A model generated the notes under the pieces. It ran no database searches and had not been told where the DNA came from. It worked only from the letters and a program-made list of their open reading frames with translations. From Elusimicrobiota bacterium (GTDB taxonomy: Bacteria; Elusimicrobiota; Elusimicrobia; UBA1565): 28,305 bases of DNA. The stretch is from contig JBDRPD010000107.1 of the NCBI GenBank assembly GCA_043827405.1, positions 1-28,305 of the forward strand, in the 5' to 3' direction. A program made the translations under genes and the position numbers. Shown one piece after another: positions 8,774 through 18,117 of the stretch. Every line of letters begins with the position of its first letter. The stretch's first letter is position 1.

Positions 8774-9709
8774 ATGGACTGGAAATGCGTCGAATTCACC
8801 ATCTGCTACCGCTGCGATGCGGACTGCGTTTTCTGCAGCCATACCCGCCGCATAGAGCGCTTCGCCAAGCATCCGGTGGCGGCCAAGGATATCGCCGCCA
8901 AGCTTGCGGAAAAAAAGGCAGCCGGCTACAACCATGTCACGTTTACGGGCGGCGAACCCACGCTCTATCCCAAGTTCGATAAGCTGCTGGAGATCGCCAA
9001 GCTCCTCGGCTACCGTACCCGCGCGGTCACCAACGGCCGGGCTTTGGCGGGCGCGGATTATCGTGCGCGGACGCTGCCGCACCTCGATGAGCTGTGCTTC
9101 TCCATCCACGGCGCGGACGCCAAGGCGCATGACCGCATGACGGGCTCGCTGGGGGGGTGGCGGCTGATGCGCGACGCCCTGGATGCGGTATGCCGCGAGA
9201 AGCCGGAGCTCGCGGTGTTCGTCAATGCCGTCGCCACGCGCCTGAACCTCGACGAGCTGGCGCCGATCGCCGCCTGGATCAAGGATTATGCGCCGGTGCG
9301 CGAGTACTGGATATCGGCCTTGGTCCCGCAGGGCGCGGGACGCGATCGCTTCGCCGAGCTCGCCCCGCGCAACGCGGAGGTAATGGAACGGGCGGCCGGT
9401 ATCGTGCGGGCCGCGGGGCGCGTCGCAGTGCGCTTCTACGGCTTCCCGCTCTGTGTGCTCGGGGAATTCCGCGAGCGGGCGACCGATTACGCGCGCCACC
9501 CCGCCGTCGCCGTTTATCGCGGGCTCCGCAAGGACGGGATGCCCGACCTGCGCGAAGCGGAGAGCAAGAAGACCGATCCGCCCAAGGTGCGGACCGATAA
9601 GTGCGCGGGCTGCGCGCTGGCCAACCGCTGCGGCGGGCTATGGCGCGACTACTACAATAAGTTCGGCGACACCGAAGTGGCGCCGGTCAGGGCGGGGGCC
9701 GAGGTCTGA
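8774..9709 (+). CDS. Radical SAM protein with a C-terminal Cys motif (HxsC/SPASM-twitch-like)
   Basis: CDADCVFC, FTGGEPT, VTNG, SIHG...HD, FPLC and C-terminal CAGCALANRCGG. Confidence 0.88.
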   Translation: MDWKCVEFTICYRCDADCVFCSHTRRIERFAKHPVAAKDIAAKLAEKKAAGYNHVTFTGGEPTLYPKFDKLLEIAKLLGYRTRAVTNGRALAGADYRARTLPHLDELCFSIHGADAKAHDRMTGSLGGWRLMRDALDAVCREKPELAVFVNAVATRLNLDELAPIAAWIKDYAPVREYWISALVPQGAGRDRFAELAPRNAEVMERAAGIVRAAGRVAVRFYGFPLCVLGEFRERATDYARHPAVAVYRGLRKDGMPDLREAESKKTDPPKVRTDKCAGCALANRCGGLWRDYYNKFGDTEVAPVRAGAEV

Positions 9710-10701
9710 TGGGCAACTCCGCGGCCGGCCGGCAGATGGCGGGGCTGCTCTCGCCCAAATTCGGCGCGGTCAAGCGGCTCGAGTTTCATATGTCGTATGC
9801 CTGCAGCCAGAAATGCGTCTTCTGCTCCGAGAGTGTGCGCATGAAGACCCATCAGCGCAGCCCCCTTTCTCTCGAGGAGATGGCGCGGGTCGCGCTGCGC
9901 AAGCGCAAGGAGGGCTGTGAGCATATCACCTTTGTGGGCGGAGAGCCCACGGTGGTGCCGCAGTTCCTGGATTTCCTCAAGGTCACCAGGAAATTGGGCT
10001 ACAAGACCCTGCTGATTACCAATGGCGGGCGCCTCGCCGATCCCGCCTTCGCCGCGCAGGTTCTGCCGCGCCTCGATGAGATCGTGCTGTCTATTCACGG
10101 CCATACGCCCGAGCTGCATGATGAGCTGACCGGCAGGAAGGGCAGCTTCGCCAAGCTGATGACCGTATTTGAGCGCATAGCCCAGGCCGGGTCCCGCCCG
10201 TTCACCATGACCAATACCGTGGTCCTCAAGCGGAATATCGGACCTGTCCGGGAGATCGTTGATTTTCTCACCCGGCTGCCGGCGGTCGAGCACTGCCTGC
10301 TGTCCAATATCGCCCCGGATGGGAGGGCGCTTGAGGACTACCTCAAGCAGGCGATCCGCATCAAGGAGTTGGGCGATTTGGCGCCGGAGTTTTCGCGCCT
10401 GGCGGCGGAGCGCAAGACGGCATTGCGCTATTTTGGGATGCCGTTATGCGTACTGGGGCCCGCCTGGCGGGATTCCAATGATCTGTACTGGAATCCGCGC
10501 ACCAATGTGGAAAGGGCGGTTGTGGGGGGTGAGGTCGGGCTCGAGGATACCTGGAGCTATACGCCCGAGCGAATGCGGTATTTCCCTGAAAAATGCGGCG
10601 AATGCGGCCTTCGTGACCAGTGCTGGGGTCTCTTTCGGGAGTATTATGACCGCTTCGGCGACGAAGAACTGACTCCCGTCGGACCGGGAGAGGCCGTTTA
10701 A
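9709..10701 (+). CDS. Radical SAM protein, paralog of the upstream gene
   Basis: CSQKCVFC, FVGGEPT, ITNG, SIHG...HD, MPLC and C-terminal CGECGLRDQCWG. TGATG overlap with the previous gene. Confidence 0.88.
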   Translation: MGNSAAGRQMAGLLSPKFGAVKRLEFHMSYACSQKCVFCSESVRMKTHQRSPLSLEEMARVALRKRKEGCEHITFVGGEPTVVPQFLDFLKVTRKLGYKTLLITNGGRLADPAFAAQVLPRLDEIVLSIHGHTPELHDELTGRKGSFAKLMTVFERIAQAGSRPFTMTNTVVLKRNIGPVREIVDFLTRLPAVEHCLLSNIAPDGRALEDYLKQAIRIKELGDLAPEFSRLAAERKTALRYFGMPLCVLGPAWRDSNDLYWNPRTNVERAVVGGEVGLEDTWSYTPERMRYFPEKCGECGLRDQCWGLFREYYDRFGDEELTPVGPGEAV

Positions 10702-10706
10702 GGCCC

Positions 10707-10734
10707 TTGACTCGATTTTGGTCGTGACTATAAT
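10707..10734 (+). promoter_or_regulatory. Near-consensus sigma70 promoter
   Basis: TTGACT (10707-10712), 16 bp, TATAAT (10729-10734). Strong SD GGAGGTGG before ATG10769. Confidence 0.7.
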
Positions 10735-10768
10735 AGTAGGGCGGTATTGTACTGGGGAGGTGGCGCCC

Positions 10769-11938
10769 ATGAGGGCTGTTCTAGCGATTTTTTTTGTCGT
10801 TTCACTCTGCGGCTTAGCCGTTCCCTCCAGCGCCCAGACTTCCGGAGATTCGATTCAGTTTGACCGGTTTTACTACAACTGGACCGCCAAAGCGCGCATT
10901 ATAATCAAGTCGCCGGGCTCCAACCTCAACCGCAGTCTGCGCGACGTCATCGGCAGCGGCAAGAACGGACGCATCAGCATTCGGACCCGCAAGAGCCAGC
11001 TGGCGAATTACCGTTTTGTGGAGACCGGCGAGAATACCGGGGTATTTCTCGGCGTGATTCAGCTGACGGGTTTCCCGCATGATATCGACGGCGACGGGGT
11101 CAGCGACATAGATCCCCGGACCGGCGGCAAGGGGCCCACGGATGGACGCATTCCGATCGCCGAACGCGGCGACGGTTTAACGGTCTACTGGCAGCCCGGC
11201 AGCGGTCTGGCCAAGCCGATCTGCGACGACAAAAACTACGGCAATTCGCGGGCGGATATCGGCTGGGATCCGGCCGCCCGCGCCCAGAACCGGGGCGACT
11301 GCATCGCGAAAGAAAAGGCGCCCAAAGAAGCGGCCCCGATCACCCAAACCGTGCCGGTGGGGTGGACGCATGCCAAGCTGGAGTTTGACCGAACGGTATA
11401 TCCGATAGGATCCATCGCCCGGATTCGGGTCGAGGATATCGACATGAACCTCAATCCCGACAAGCAGGATACCGTTAAGCTGTTCGTGTTTACCGAGTCG
11501 GACATAACCGGCGTCCAGCTGACGGCGTTCGAAGACAGCAAAAATCCCGGGGTGTTCGAGGCGCGCGTTCTGCTGACCGATCAGAAGGACCTGAGCGGCG
11601 CCGGCGAGGGAAGCCTGTTCAAAGATGAGGAGCGGCCGGGAAGCGCGAGTCTGCGCGCCACATCGCAGGTCAAGGTTATCGCGATGTATGAGGATCGGAC
11701 CTTGCCTAAGCCGTATGCCAAAAGCGGCGTAAACAAGATTCAGCGGCAGGCTAAAATGTCGGCCTACAGCATACAGCAGAATCAGCAGACCGCGAATTTA
11801 GCGCAGAATGTCCCGGCGGGCGCTGTATTGGTGCCGACCAACGACCCCTATACTCCGTACAAGGTGAGCGATAAGTGTCCGCCCGGCATGACTCCCATCC
11901 CCCATGAGGGCACCCAAATGTGCGTACCCAACGGTTGA
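10769..11938 (+). CDS. Secreted protein with two tandem Ig-like domains resembling thaumarchaeal S-layer protein domains
   Basis: Signal peptide MRAVLAIFFVVSLCGLAVPSSA. Internal duplication FDRFYY...NLN...ETGENTGVF versus FDRTVY...DMNLN...EDSKNPGVF. Motifs LTGFPHDIDGDG, GPTDG and YEDRTLPKPY match recalled Nitrosopumilus S-layer sequence. Confidence 0.7.
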   Translation: MRAVLAIFFVVSLCGLAVPSSAQTSGDSIQFDRFYYNWTAKARIIIKSPGSNLNRSLRDVIGSGKNGRISIRTRKSQLANYRFVETGENTGVFLGVIQLTGFPHDIDGDGVSDIDPRTGGKGPTDGRIPIAERGDGLTVYWQPGSGLAKPICDDKNYGNSRADIGWDPAARAQNRGDCIAKEKAPKEAAPITQTVPVGWTHAKLEFDRTVYPIGSIARIRVEDIDMNLNPDKQDTVKLFVFTESDITGVQLTAFEDSKNPGVFEARVLLTDQKDLSGAGEGSLFKDEERPGSASLRATSQVKVIAMYEDRTLPKPYAKSGVNKIQRQAKMSAYSIQQNQQTANLAQNVPAGAVLVPTNDPYTPYKVSDKCPPGMTPIPHEGTQMCVPNG

Positions 11939-11954
11939 GGTAGGAGCACCCGCG

Positions 11955-11996
11955 AGCGATCTGACCGGCCGCCTTCAGGGCGGCCGGTTCGCTTTT
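11955..11996 (+). terminator. Rho-independent terminator
   Basis: 10-bp stem ACCGGCCGCC/GGCGGCCGGT with loop TTCAG, outer AGCGA/TCGCT pairing, followed by TTTT. Confidence 0.7.
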
Positions 11997-12056
11997 GGGC
12001 TTATTAAAAAGGGCTTCGGGAAAAGGTAAAATCCCGCACTAGAGGTGCGGCTGTTT

Positions 12057-12815
12057 ATGCCCCAATTATCCAAAAACGACCAGGAGCGCTACTCGCGGCA
12101 GATCACCCTGCCGGAAATCGGCGTATCCGGCCAGCAAAAACTCAAGGCGGCGCATGTGGTGCTGGCCGGCGCCGGGGGGCTGGGATCTTCCGCCGGCTAT
12201 TACCTCGCGGCCGCCGGCATCGGCCGCCTGCGCGTCCTGGACTGCGACCAGCTTGAGCTCTCCAATCTCAATCGACAGGTTCTGCACGGTGAAGGGGCTC
12301 TCGGCAAGAGCAAGGTCGGCTCGGCGGTGAGACGATTGGGCGAGTTCAACTCGGCCATCGACATCGAAGGCATCGACGAGCGCATCACCGATGACAGCGC
12401 CGTCCGGCTCCTGGAGGGGGCGGACGCCGTGGTCGACTGCATGGACAACTTCGAGGCCCGTTTCGCGCTCAATGCGGCGGCGCTCAAGCTCGGCATCCCT
12501 TTTTTCCACGGCGCCTGCTACGGCATGGAGGGCCGGGTCGCCTTGATCGTGCCCGGAAAGACCCCCTGCCTGCGCTGTCTGGTCCCGTCTCTGGAGTCGA
12601 TCTACAGCGGCCCGCCGGGCGGCAAGCCGCCGGTCTTGGGCTCGACCCCCGGCATCATCGGGGCAATCCAGGCGGCCGAAGTCGTCAAGTATTTTACCGG
12701 CGCCGGGAAAAGCCTGGCCGGCCGGCTTCTGGTCTATGACGGACTGAACCTGAGCTTCAACCTGTTCAAGGTTGAGCGGGACGCGGATTGTCCGGCCTGC
12801 GGCAAGAAGAAGTAA
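12057..12815 (+). CDS. moeB: MoeB/ThiF family adenylyltransferase
   Basis: ERYSRQI, GAGGLGS, LELSNLNRQ, DCMDNF, PCLRC and CPAC Zn motifs. SD GAGGTG favours ATG12057. Confidence 0.9.
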   Translation: MPQLSKNDQERYSRQITLPEIGVSGQQKLKAAHVVLAGAGGLGSSAGYYLAAAGIGRLRVLDCDQLELSNLNRQVLHGEGALGKSKVGSAVRRLGEFNSAIDIEGIDERITDDSAVRLLEGADAVVDCMDNFEARFALNAAALKLGIPFFHGACYGMEGRVALIVPGKTPCLRCLVPSLESIYSGPPGGKPPVLGSTPGIIGAIQAAEVVKYFTGAGKSLAGRLLVYDGLNLSFNLFKVERDADCPACGKKK

Positions 12816-13054
12816 TGGCGATTACGGTGGACGTAGAGATCGGCGGGCTGCTCGCCAAGCCCCAAGGCAAGAGCGCGGTGCGGCCGACGCTTGAAAACGG
12901 CGCCGTGGTGCGCGATATGCTGGCCGCGATAGGCTTCAAAAAGGAGCATATCCCCCGCATCGTGGTGTCGGTTAACGGCACGGTTCGCAAACTGGATTTT
13001 GACCTGCGGGACGGCGACATTATTAAGCTGTCGATCCTGGTGGGGGGAGGCTGA
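12815..13054 (+). CDS. MoaD/ThiS family ubiquitin-like sulfur carrier
   Basis: 79 aa, with VSVNG, LRDGDII and C-terminal VGGG. TAATG overlap with moeB. Confidence 0.88.
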   Translation: MAITVDVEIGGLLAKPQGKSAVRPTLENGAVVRDMLAAIGFKKEHIPRIVVSVNGTVRKLDFDLRDGDIIKLSILVGGG

Positions 13055-13061
13055 GCGCGGC

Positions 13062-14441
13062 ATGGCCCGGACTTTGATCAAGGATATTCATACTCTCGTC
13101 ACCATGGACGGGCAGGCGCCGCAGAGCGGGGTCGATCTGCTTATCGAAGACGGCAAGGTCGCCGCGATAGCCGATAATATCGCGGCGCAGCCGGAAGATG
13201 AGATCCTCGACGGCCGCTGGCGGGCGGTCTATCCCGGCTTCATCAATACCCATCACCATCTCTACCAGACCCTTACCCGCAATATTCCCAAGGTGCAGGA
13301 CGCCAAGCTTTTCGACTGGCTGATCGCCCTTTATGAGATCTGGCGCGAGCTGGGTCCCGAAGCGGTGGAGGTGAGCACGAAAGTGGGTCTGGCCGAGCTG
13401 CTGCTCTCCGGCTGCACCACGACGACGGACCATTTCTACGTATTTCCCAAGAGCGCGCCGGAAGAATTTATCGACATCGAGATCGATACCGCCCGCGCCA
13501 TGGGCATGCGCTTTCATCCGACGCGCGGGAGCATGAGCCGGGGCCGCTCCGCGGGCGGACTGCCGCCCGACGACGTGGTGCAGACGCCGGAGGCGATTTT
13601 GCGCGACTGCGAGCGGGTTATCGCCAAGTACCATGATCCGCGGCCCTTCTCGATGTGCCGCATCGCTTTGGCGCCCTGCTCGCCCTTCTCGGTGACTACC
13701 GAGCTGCTCAAGGAGACGGCGGTGTTCGCGCGGGAGAAGGGAGTGCTGCTGCATACCCATTTATGCGAGACCAAGGATGAGGAGCAGTTCTGCCTCGAGA
13801 CGGTGGGCAAGCGGCCGCTGGACTACATGGAAGATGTGGGGTGGGTCGGACCCGATGTCTGGTACGCCCACGGCATCTACTTCAGCGATGATGAGATCAA
13901 GCGCCTGGCCGCGACCCGGACCGGGGTGGCGCATTGCCCGGTCTCCAATCTGCGGTTGGGATCCGGGATCGCCAAGGTCCCGTTGATGATGGAGGCGGGC
14001 ATGCGCGTGGGCTTGGCCGTCGACGGCAGCGCCAGCAACGATTGCTCCGGCATTCTGCGTGAGATGCAGACCGCGCTCCTGGTGCACCGGGTCGGCACCG
14101 GCGTCACGGCCATGCCGCCGAAAAAAGTTCTCGAGCTGGCGACTTTGGGCGGCGCGCGGATTTTATGCCATCCTGAGCTGGGAACGCTCAAGCCCGGAAG
14201 CGCCGCGGACCTCGCCGCCTTCCGGCTGGACCGGGTGGATTTTGCGGGCGGCATGCATGATCCCGCGTCGGCGGTGCTGTTCTGCGGTTCGGGGATACGG
14301 GCGGATTTTACCGTGGTCGCGGGCAAGGTGCTGGTCAAAGACGGCAAGGTCGCGGGGCTCGATGAGGAAGAGCTCTTCCATAAGGCCAATAAGGTTTCGG
14401 AGAATATGCTCAGGAAGGCCGCCGACAAGGCGGCCGTCTAA
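13062..14441 (+). CDS. Metal-dependent amidohydrolase, 8-oxoguanine deaminase/SsnA-like purine deaminase
   Basis: PGFINTHHHLYQ, HPTRGSMS...GGLPPD, APCSPFSV, HTHLCE, AHCPVSN and AVDGSASND. Confidence 0.85.
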   Translation: MARTLIKDIHTLVTMDGQAPQSGVDLLIEDGKVAAIADNIAAQPEDEILDGRWRAVYPGFINTHHHLYQTLTRNIPKVQDAKLFDWLIALYEIWRELGPEAVEVSTKVGLAELLLSGCTTTTDHFYVFPKSAPEEFIDIEIDTARAMGMRFHPTRGSMSRGRSAGGLPPDDVVQTPEAILRDCERVIAKYHDPRPFSMCRIALAPCSPFSVTTELLKETAVFAREKGVLLHTHLCETKDEEQFCLETVGKRPLDYMEDVGWVGPDVWYAHGIYFSDDEIKRLAATRTGVAHCPVSNLRLGSGIAKVPLMMEAGMRVGLAVDGSASNDCSGILREMQTALLVHRVGTGVTAMPPKKVLELATLGGARILCHPELGTLKPGSAADLAAFRLDRVDFAGGMHDPASAVLFCGSGIRADFTVVAGKVLVKDGKVAGLDEEELFHKANKVSENMLRKAADKAAV

Positions 14442-14455
14442 ATGAGGAGGATCGG

Positions 14456-15325
14456 ATGAGAGTTACTGATTTCAAGATTCCCACGCGGATCGAGGAGGCG
14501 AGGCGTCAGCTCAAGGGACTGGGGAATTCCGGATTTTTCCTGGCCGGCGGGACCTCGCTCGTCTTCAATAAAGGCAAGGCGGGCCGCGTCGCGGTGGATA
14601 TCTCGCGGCTGGGCCTCGATAAGATCAAGAAAGAGGGCCGCGGTTTCATGATCGGCGCGAATGCGCGGATCGCGGATCTCCAGGAGTATCACGCCAATGG
14701 CTGGGTCCTCGACCGGGTGGCGCATGACTTCGTCACCCAGCAGATACGCAATATCTGCACCATCGGCGGCAACGTCGCGTCGATCTTCCGCTGGAACGAC
14801 TTTCCGGTGGCGCTGATGGTGCTCGACTGCGAGCTGACCATCCAGGGCAGGAAAAAGCAGAAGGTGAGCGGCGAAGAATACTTCAAGTCCCAGCCGCGGC
14901 GCTTCTACGCCGACCAGGGCATACTCACTTCGATCAAGGTCGGAGCGCTGCCCGCCGGTACCGGTTTCGGCTACCGCAAGGAGCTCAAGACCGCGGCGGA
15001 CTTCAGCATGGTCACGGCCGCGGCGGTCGCCGAGCTCGACGGCGGGAAGATCAAGAGCCTGCGCGTCGCCGCCGGTTCGGCCCTGCCCTTTCCCCGGCGG
15101 CTGACCGCGGTCGAAAAGCTGCTTACCGGCGTCGAGGTGCCCAAGGGCTGTCTATGCGAGGGCGCGTTTATGGAGCAGGTCAAAGCGGGCATCGCGGATA
15201 TTCCCTGGAAGGGATATGTCGGCCTGAGCGATGCGTACGCCGCCCAGCTCGCGGCGGTGACGGTGCGCGATGCGATTGCCGCCGCGGTGAAGGAAGTCCG
15301 GTGCGGAGGCAAGAACAATGGCTGA
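14456..15325 (+). CDS. Xanthine dehydrogenase family FAD-binding subunit (YgfM/XdhB/CoxM-like)
   Basis: FLAGGTSL and QIRNICTIGGNVA. SD GAGGAGG. Confidence 0.88.
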   Translation: MRVTDFKIPTRIEEARRQLKGLGNSGFFLAGGTSLVFNKGKAGRVAVDISRLGLDKIKKEGRGFMIGANARIADLQEYHANGWVLDRVAHDFVTQQIRNICTIGGNVASIFRWNDFPVALMVLDCELTIQGRKKQKVSGEEYFKSQPRRFYADQGILTSIKVGALPAGTGFGYRKELKTAADFSMVTAAAVAELDGGKIKSLRVAAGSALPFPRRLTAVEKLLTGVEVPKGCLCEGAFMEQVKAGIADIPWKGYVGLSDAYAAQLAAVTVRDAIAAAVKEVRCGGKNNG

Positions 15326-15794
15326 GAAGAAAACGGTCTCTTTTACTCTTAACGGCCGCAAGCGGCAGTTTAAATGCCGGCCCAACGAGAGCCTGCTCGA
15401 GCTGCTGCGCCGGGCGGGCTATAAGGGCGTCAAGAAAGGCTGCTCGGAAGGAGTCTGCGGCGTCTGCACCGTGATCATGGACGGCCGGGCGGTCTACTCC
15501 TGCATCCTGCGCGCCTTTCAGGCCGAGGGGCGGAGCCTGCAGACCATCGAACATATGGGCGACTTTGAGAAGCCGCATGCGTTTCAGCGCGCCCTGGTGG
15601 ATGAAGGCGCGGTCCAGTGCGGCTTCTGCACGCCCGGCATGGTGATGGCGGCCGAGGCGATGCTCCGGAAGGACCCGCAGCCGAGCCCCGAGAAGACCAA
15701 GGTGTACATGGATGGGGTCCTCTGCCGCTGTACGGGCTACGAGAAGATTTGGGGCGCGATCCGCAAGGTGGTTGCCGCCAAGGGGGGGAAGTAA
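15318..15794 (+). CDS. Xanthine dehydrogenase family 2x[2Fe-2S] subunit
   Basis: GCSEGVCGVC...SC and QCGFCTPG...CRCTGY. Confidence 0.93.
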   Translation: MAEKKTVSFTLNGRKRQFKCRPNESLLELLRRAGYKGVKKGCSEGVCGVCTVIMDGRAVYSCILRAFQAEGRSLQTIEHMGDFEKPHAFQRALVDEGAVQCGFCTPGMVMAAEAMLRKDPQPSPEKTKVYMDGVLCRCTGYEKIWGAIRKVVAAKGGK

Positions 15795-15795
15795 T

Positions 15796-18117
15796 ATGGC
15801 GCCGCGGAAATTCAAGATCGTCAACCATTCGGCCGAGAAGAAGGACGCCCTCTCTCTGGCGCTCGGCAAGCCGATGTATGTCGCGGACCTGGCGCCCGCC
15901 GACGTGCTTTACGCCAAGGTGCTGTGGAGCCCGCATGCGCATGCGCGCATCATCTCGCTCGATGCCAGCGCGGCCGAGAAGATGCCGGGCGTGGAAGCGG
16001 TCATCCACCACGGCAATGTGCCGCATATTCCGCATACCACGGCGGGACAGGGCTATCCCGAGCCGTCCCCGTACGACACCTACATGTTCGACAATAAGGT
16101 GCGCTACGTCGGAGATCGCGTGGCCGCGGTGGCGGCGACGTCCCCCGAGCTCGCCGAAGACGCGCTCGACGCGATCAAGGTGAAGTATAAGGTCCTCGAG
16201 CCGGTGCTGTCGATCGACGCCGCCTTGAAGAAAGGCGCCCCGATCATCCATGATCAAAAAGAAGCCAGCATACCGATCCCGGTGCCTTATGAGCCGAAGA
16301 AGAATATCGCGGCCCGCGTCGGCATGGATCACGGCGATGTGGACAAGGCGCTTAAGGACTCATTCGTCTCTCTGGACTATACGTATGAGACGCCCTACGC
16401 CCAGCACACTCCGATGGAGCCGCATGTCTCCATGGCCTATATCGATGCGTCGGGGCGGCTGGTGATCGTCACCAGCACCCAGGTGCCGTTTCATGCCCGG
16501 CGCATCGCGGCGCAGACGCTCGATATCCCGGTGCGCCAGATCCGCGTCATCAAGCCGCGCATCGGCGGCGGTTTCGGCACCAAGCAGGAGGTTCTGCTCG
16601 AGGACCTCGTCGGCATGCTGGCGCTCAAAACCAAGAAGGCGGTCATTCTGGAGTATACCCGCGAGGAGGAGTTCGTCAGCGCCCGCACGCGCCACCCGCA
16701 GCGGGTGCGCCTGCGCACCGGCATCACCAAGGACGGCCAGGTCACGGCGCTCGACATGGACGTGATCTCCAATACCGGCGCCTACGGCTCGCATGCGCTG
16801 ACCGTGGTCTGCAACTGCGGCAGCAAGGCCCTGCCGCTCTACCGCTCCAAAAACGTGCGCTTTAAGGGAACCACGGTCTATACCAATATGCCCGTGGCCG
16901 GAGCCTATCGCGGCTACGGCGCCACCCAGGCGCAGTTCGCTCTCGAAGTGCAGATGGACGAGATGGCCGAGGCCATCGGCATGGACTCGCTCAAGCTGCG
17001 CATCAAGAACCATATCCGCAAGGGCGAGAGCTCGCCGGTGTTCCAGGCTCTCGGCGAGGGCAAAGAGGGCGTCGAGCAGACGATCGGTTCCTGCGAGCTC
17101 GACAAGTGCATCCGCGAGGGCGCCAAGTGGATCGGCTGGAAGAAAAAGAAGCCTCATACCCAGAAGACCGGACGCTTCCGCCGCGGCATCGGCGTGGCGA
17201 CGCTCATGCAGGGCTCGAGCGTCCCGGAGATCGATATGGGCGCCGCCTCGATCAAGATGAACGATGACGGCTCCTTCAACCTGCTTATGGGCGCGACCGA
17301 CCTGGGCACCGGCAGCGATACCATCCTCGCCCAGATCGCGGCCGAAGTTCTGTGCACGTCGCTGGACAACATCATCGTCTATTCCTCGGATACCGACCTG
17401 ACGCCTTTCGATGTCGGCGCCTACGCTTCGAGCACGACCTACCTTACCGGCTCGGCGGTGCAGAAGACGGCGATGAAGGTCAAGAAACAGATCATCGACG
17501 TCGCCGCCGAGATGACGGGCAAGCGTCCGTCCGAGCTTGCGCTCAAAGACGCCAAGGTCGTCGCCAAGGACGGGAGCAAGGAGGTGACCTTCAAGCAGGT
17601 CGCCCTCTACTCCCTCTACGAGGCCAATCAGTTCCAGATCGGCGACATGGCTTCGCATATCACCCATAAGTCGCCGCCGCCCTTCTCAGCGCACTTCGCC
17701 GAAGTGGAGGTGGATACCTTCACCGGCAAGGTGCGGTTGCTGCGCTATGTCGCGGCCGTCGACTGCGGCACCGCCATTAACCCGGCGCTGGCGGAAGGCC
17801 AGACCGAGGGCGGGGTCATGAACGGCATCAGCTACGCGCTGACCGAGGGCTACCTGTTCAACAAGCTGGGCAAGGTGACTAATGCCAGCTTCCTGGACTA
17901 CCGCATCTTCTCGCTGCGCGACATGCCGGAGATGAAGACCATTCTGATCCCGAGCTATGAGAAGACCGGGCCCTTCGGCGCCAAGAGCGTCTCGGAGATC
18001 TGCATTAATGGGCCGCTGCCCGCGATCTCCAACGCCATCTATAACGCCGTGGGCGTGCGCATGCGCGAGGCGCCGTTCACGCGCGAGCGCGTATGGCGGG
18101 CCCTGCAGGAGAAATGA
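15796..18117 (+). CDS. Xanthine dehydrogenase family molybdopterin-binding subunit (XdhD/XdhA-like)
   Basis: SPHAHARI, PMEPH, STQVPF, IGGGFGTKQE, AYRGYG, DLGTGS, AEGQTEGG and catalytic-Glu motif GAKSVSE. ATG15796 follows the Fe-S subunit stop. Confidence 0.93.
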   Translation: MAPRKFKIVNHSAEKKDALSLALGKPMYVADLAPADVLYAKVLWSPHAHARIISLDASAAEKMPGVEAVIHHGNVPHIPHTTAGQGYPEPSPYDTYMFDNKVRYVGDRVAAVAATSPELAEDALDAIKVKYKVLEPVLSIDAALKKGAPIIHDQKEASIPIPVPYEPKKNIAARVGMDHGDVDKALKDSFVSLDYTYETPYAQHTPMEPHVSMAYIDASGRLVIVTSTQVPFHARRIAAQTLDIPVRQIRVIKPRIGGGFGTKQEVLLEDLVGMLALKTKKAVILEYTREEEFVSARTRHPQRVRLRTGITKDGQVTALDMDVISNTGAYGSHALTVVCNCGSKALPLYRSKNVRFKGTTVYTNMPVAGAYRGYGATQAQFALEVQMDEMAEAIGMDSLKLRIKNHIRKGESSPVFQALGEGKEGVEQTIGSCELDKCIREGAKWIGWKKKKPHTQKTGRFRRGIGVATLMQGSSVPEIDMGAASIKMNDDGSFNLLMGATDLGTGSDTILAQIAAEVLCTSLDNIIVYSSDTDLTPFDVGAYASSTTYLTGSAVQKTAMKVKKQIIDVAAEMTGKRPSELALKDAKVVAKDGSKEVTFKQVALYSLYEANQFQIGDMASHITHKSPPPFSAHFAEVEVDTFTGKVRLLRYVAAVDCGTAINPALAEGQTEGGVMNGISYALTEGYLFNKLGKVTNASFLDYRIFSLRDMPEMKTILIPSYEKTGPFGAKSVSEICINGPLPAISNAIYNAVGVRMREAPFTRERVWRALQEK

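Noticed and set aside
8666..9499. N-terminal extension making a 769-aa B12 radical SAM
   Set aside because: It overlaps the genuine plus-strand radical SAM gene. The family-like N-terminus and SD point to TTG8665.
11939..12056. Moco/Wco riboswitch upstream of moeB
   Set aside because: The gap is mostly filled by a terminator and a promoter, leaving too little leader, and I recognised no multi-stem motif. An Rfam scan would settle it.
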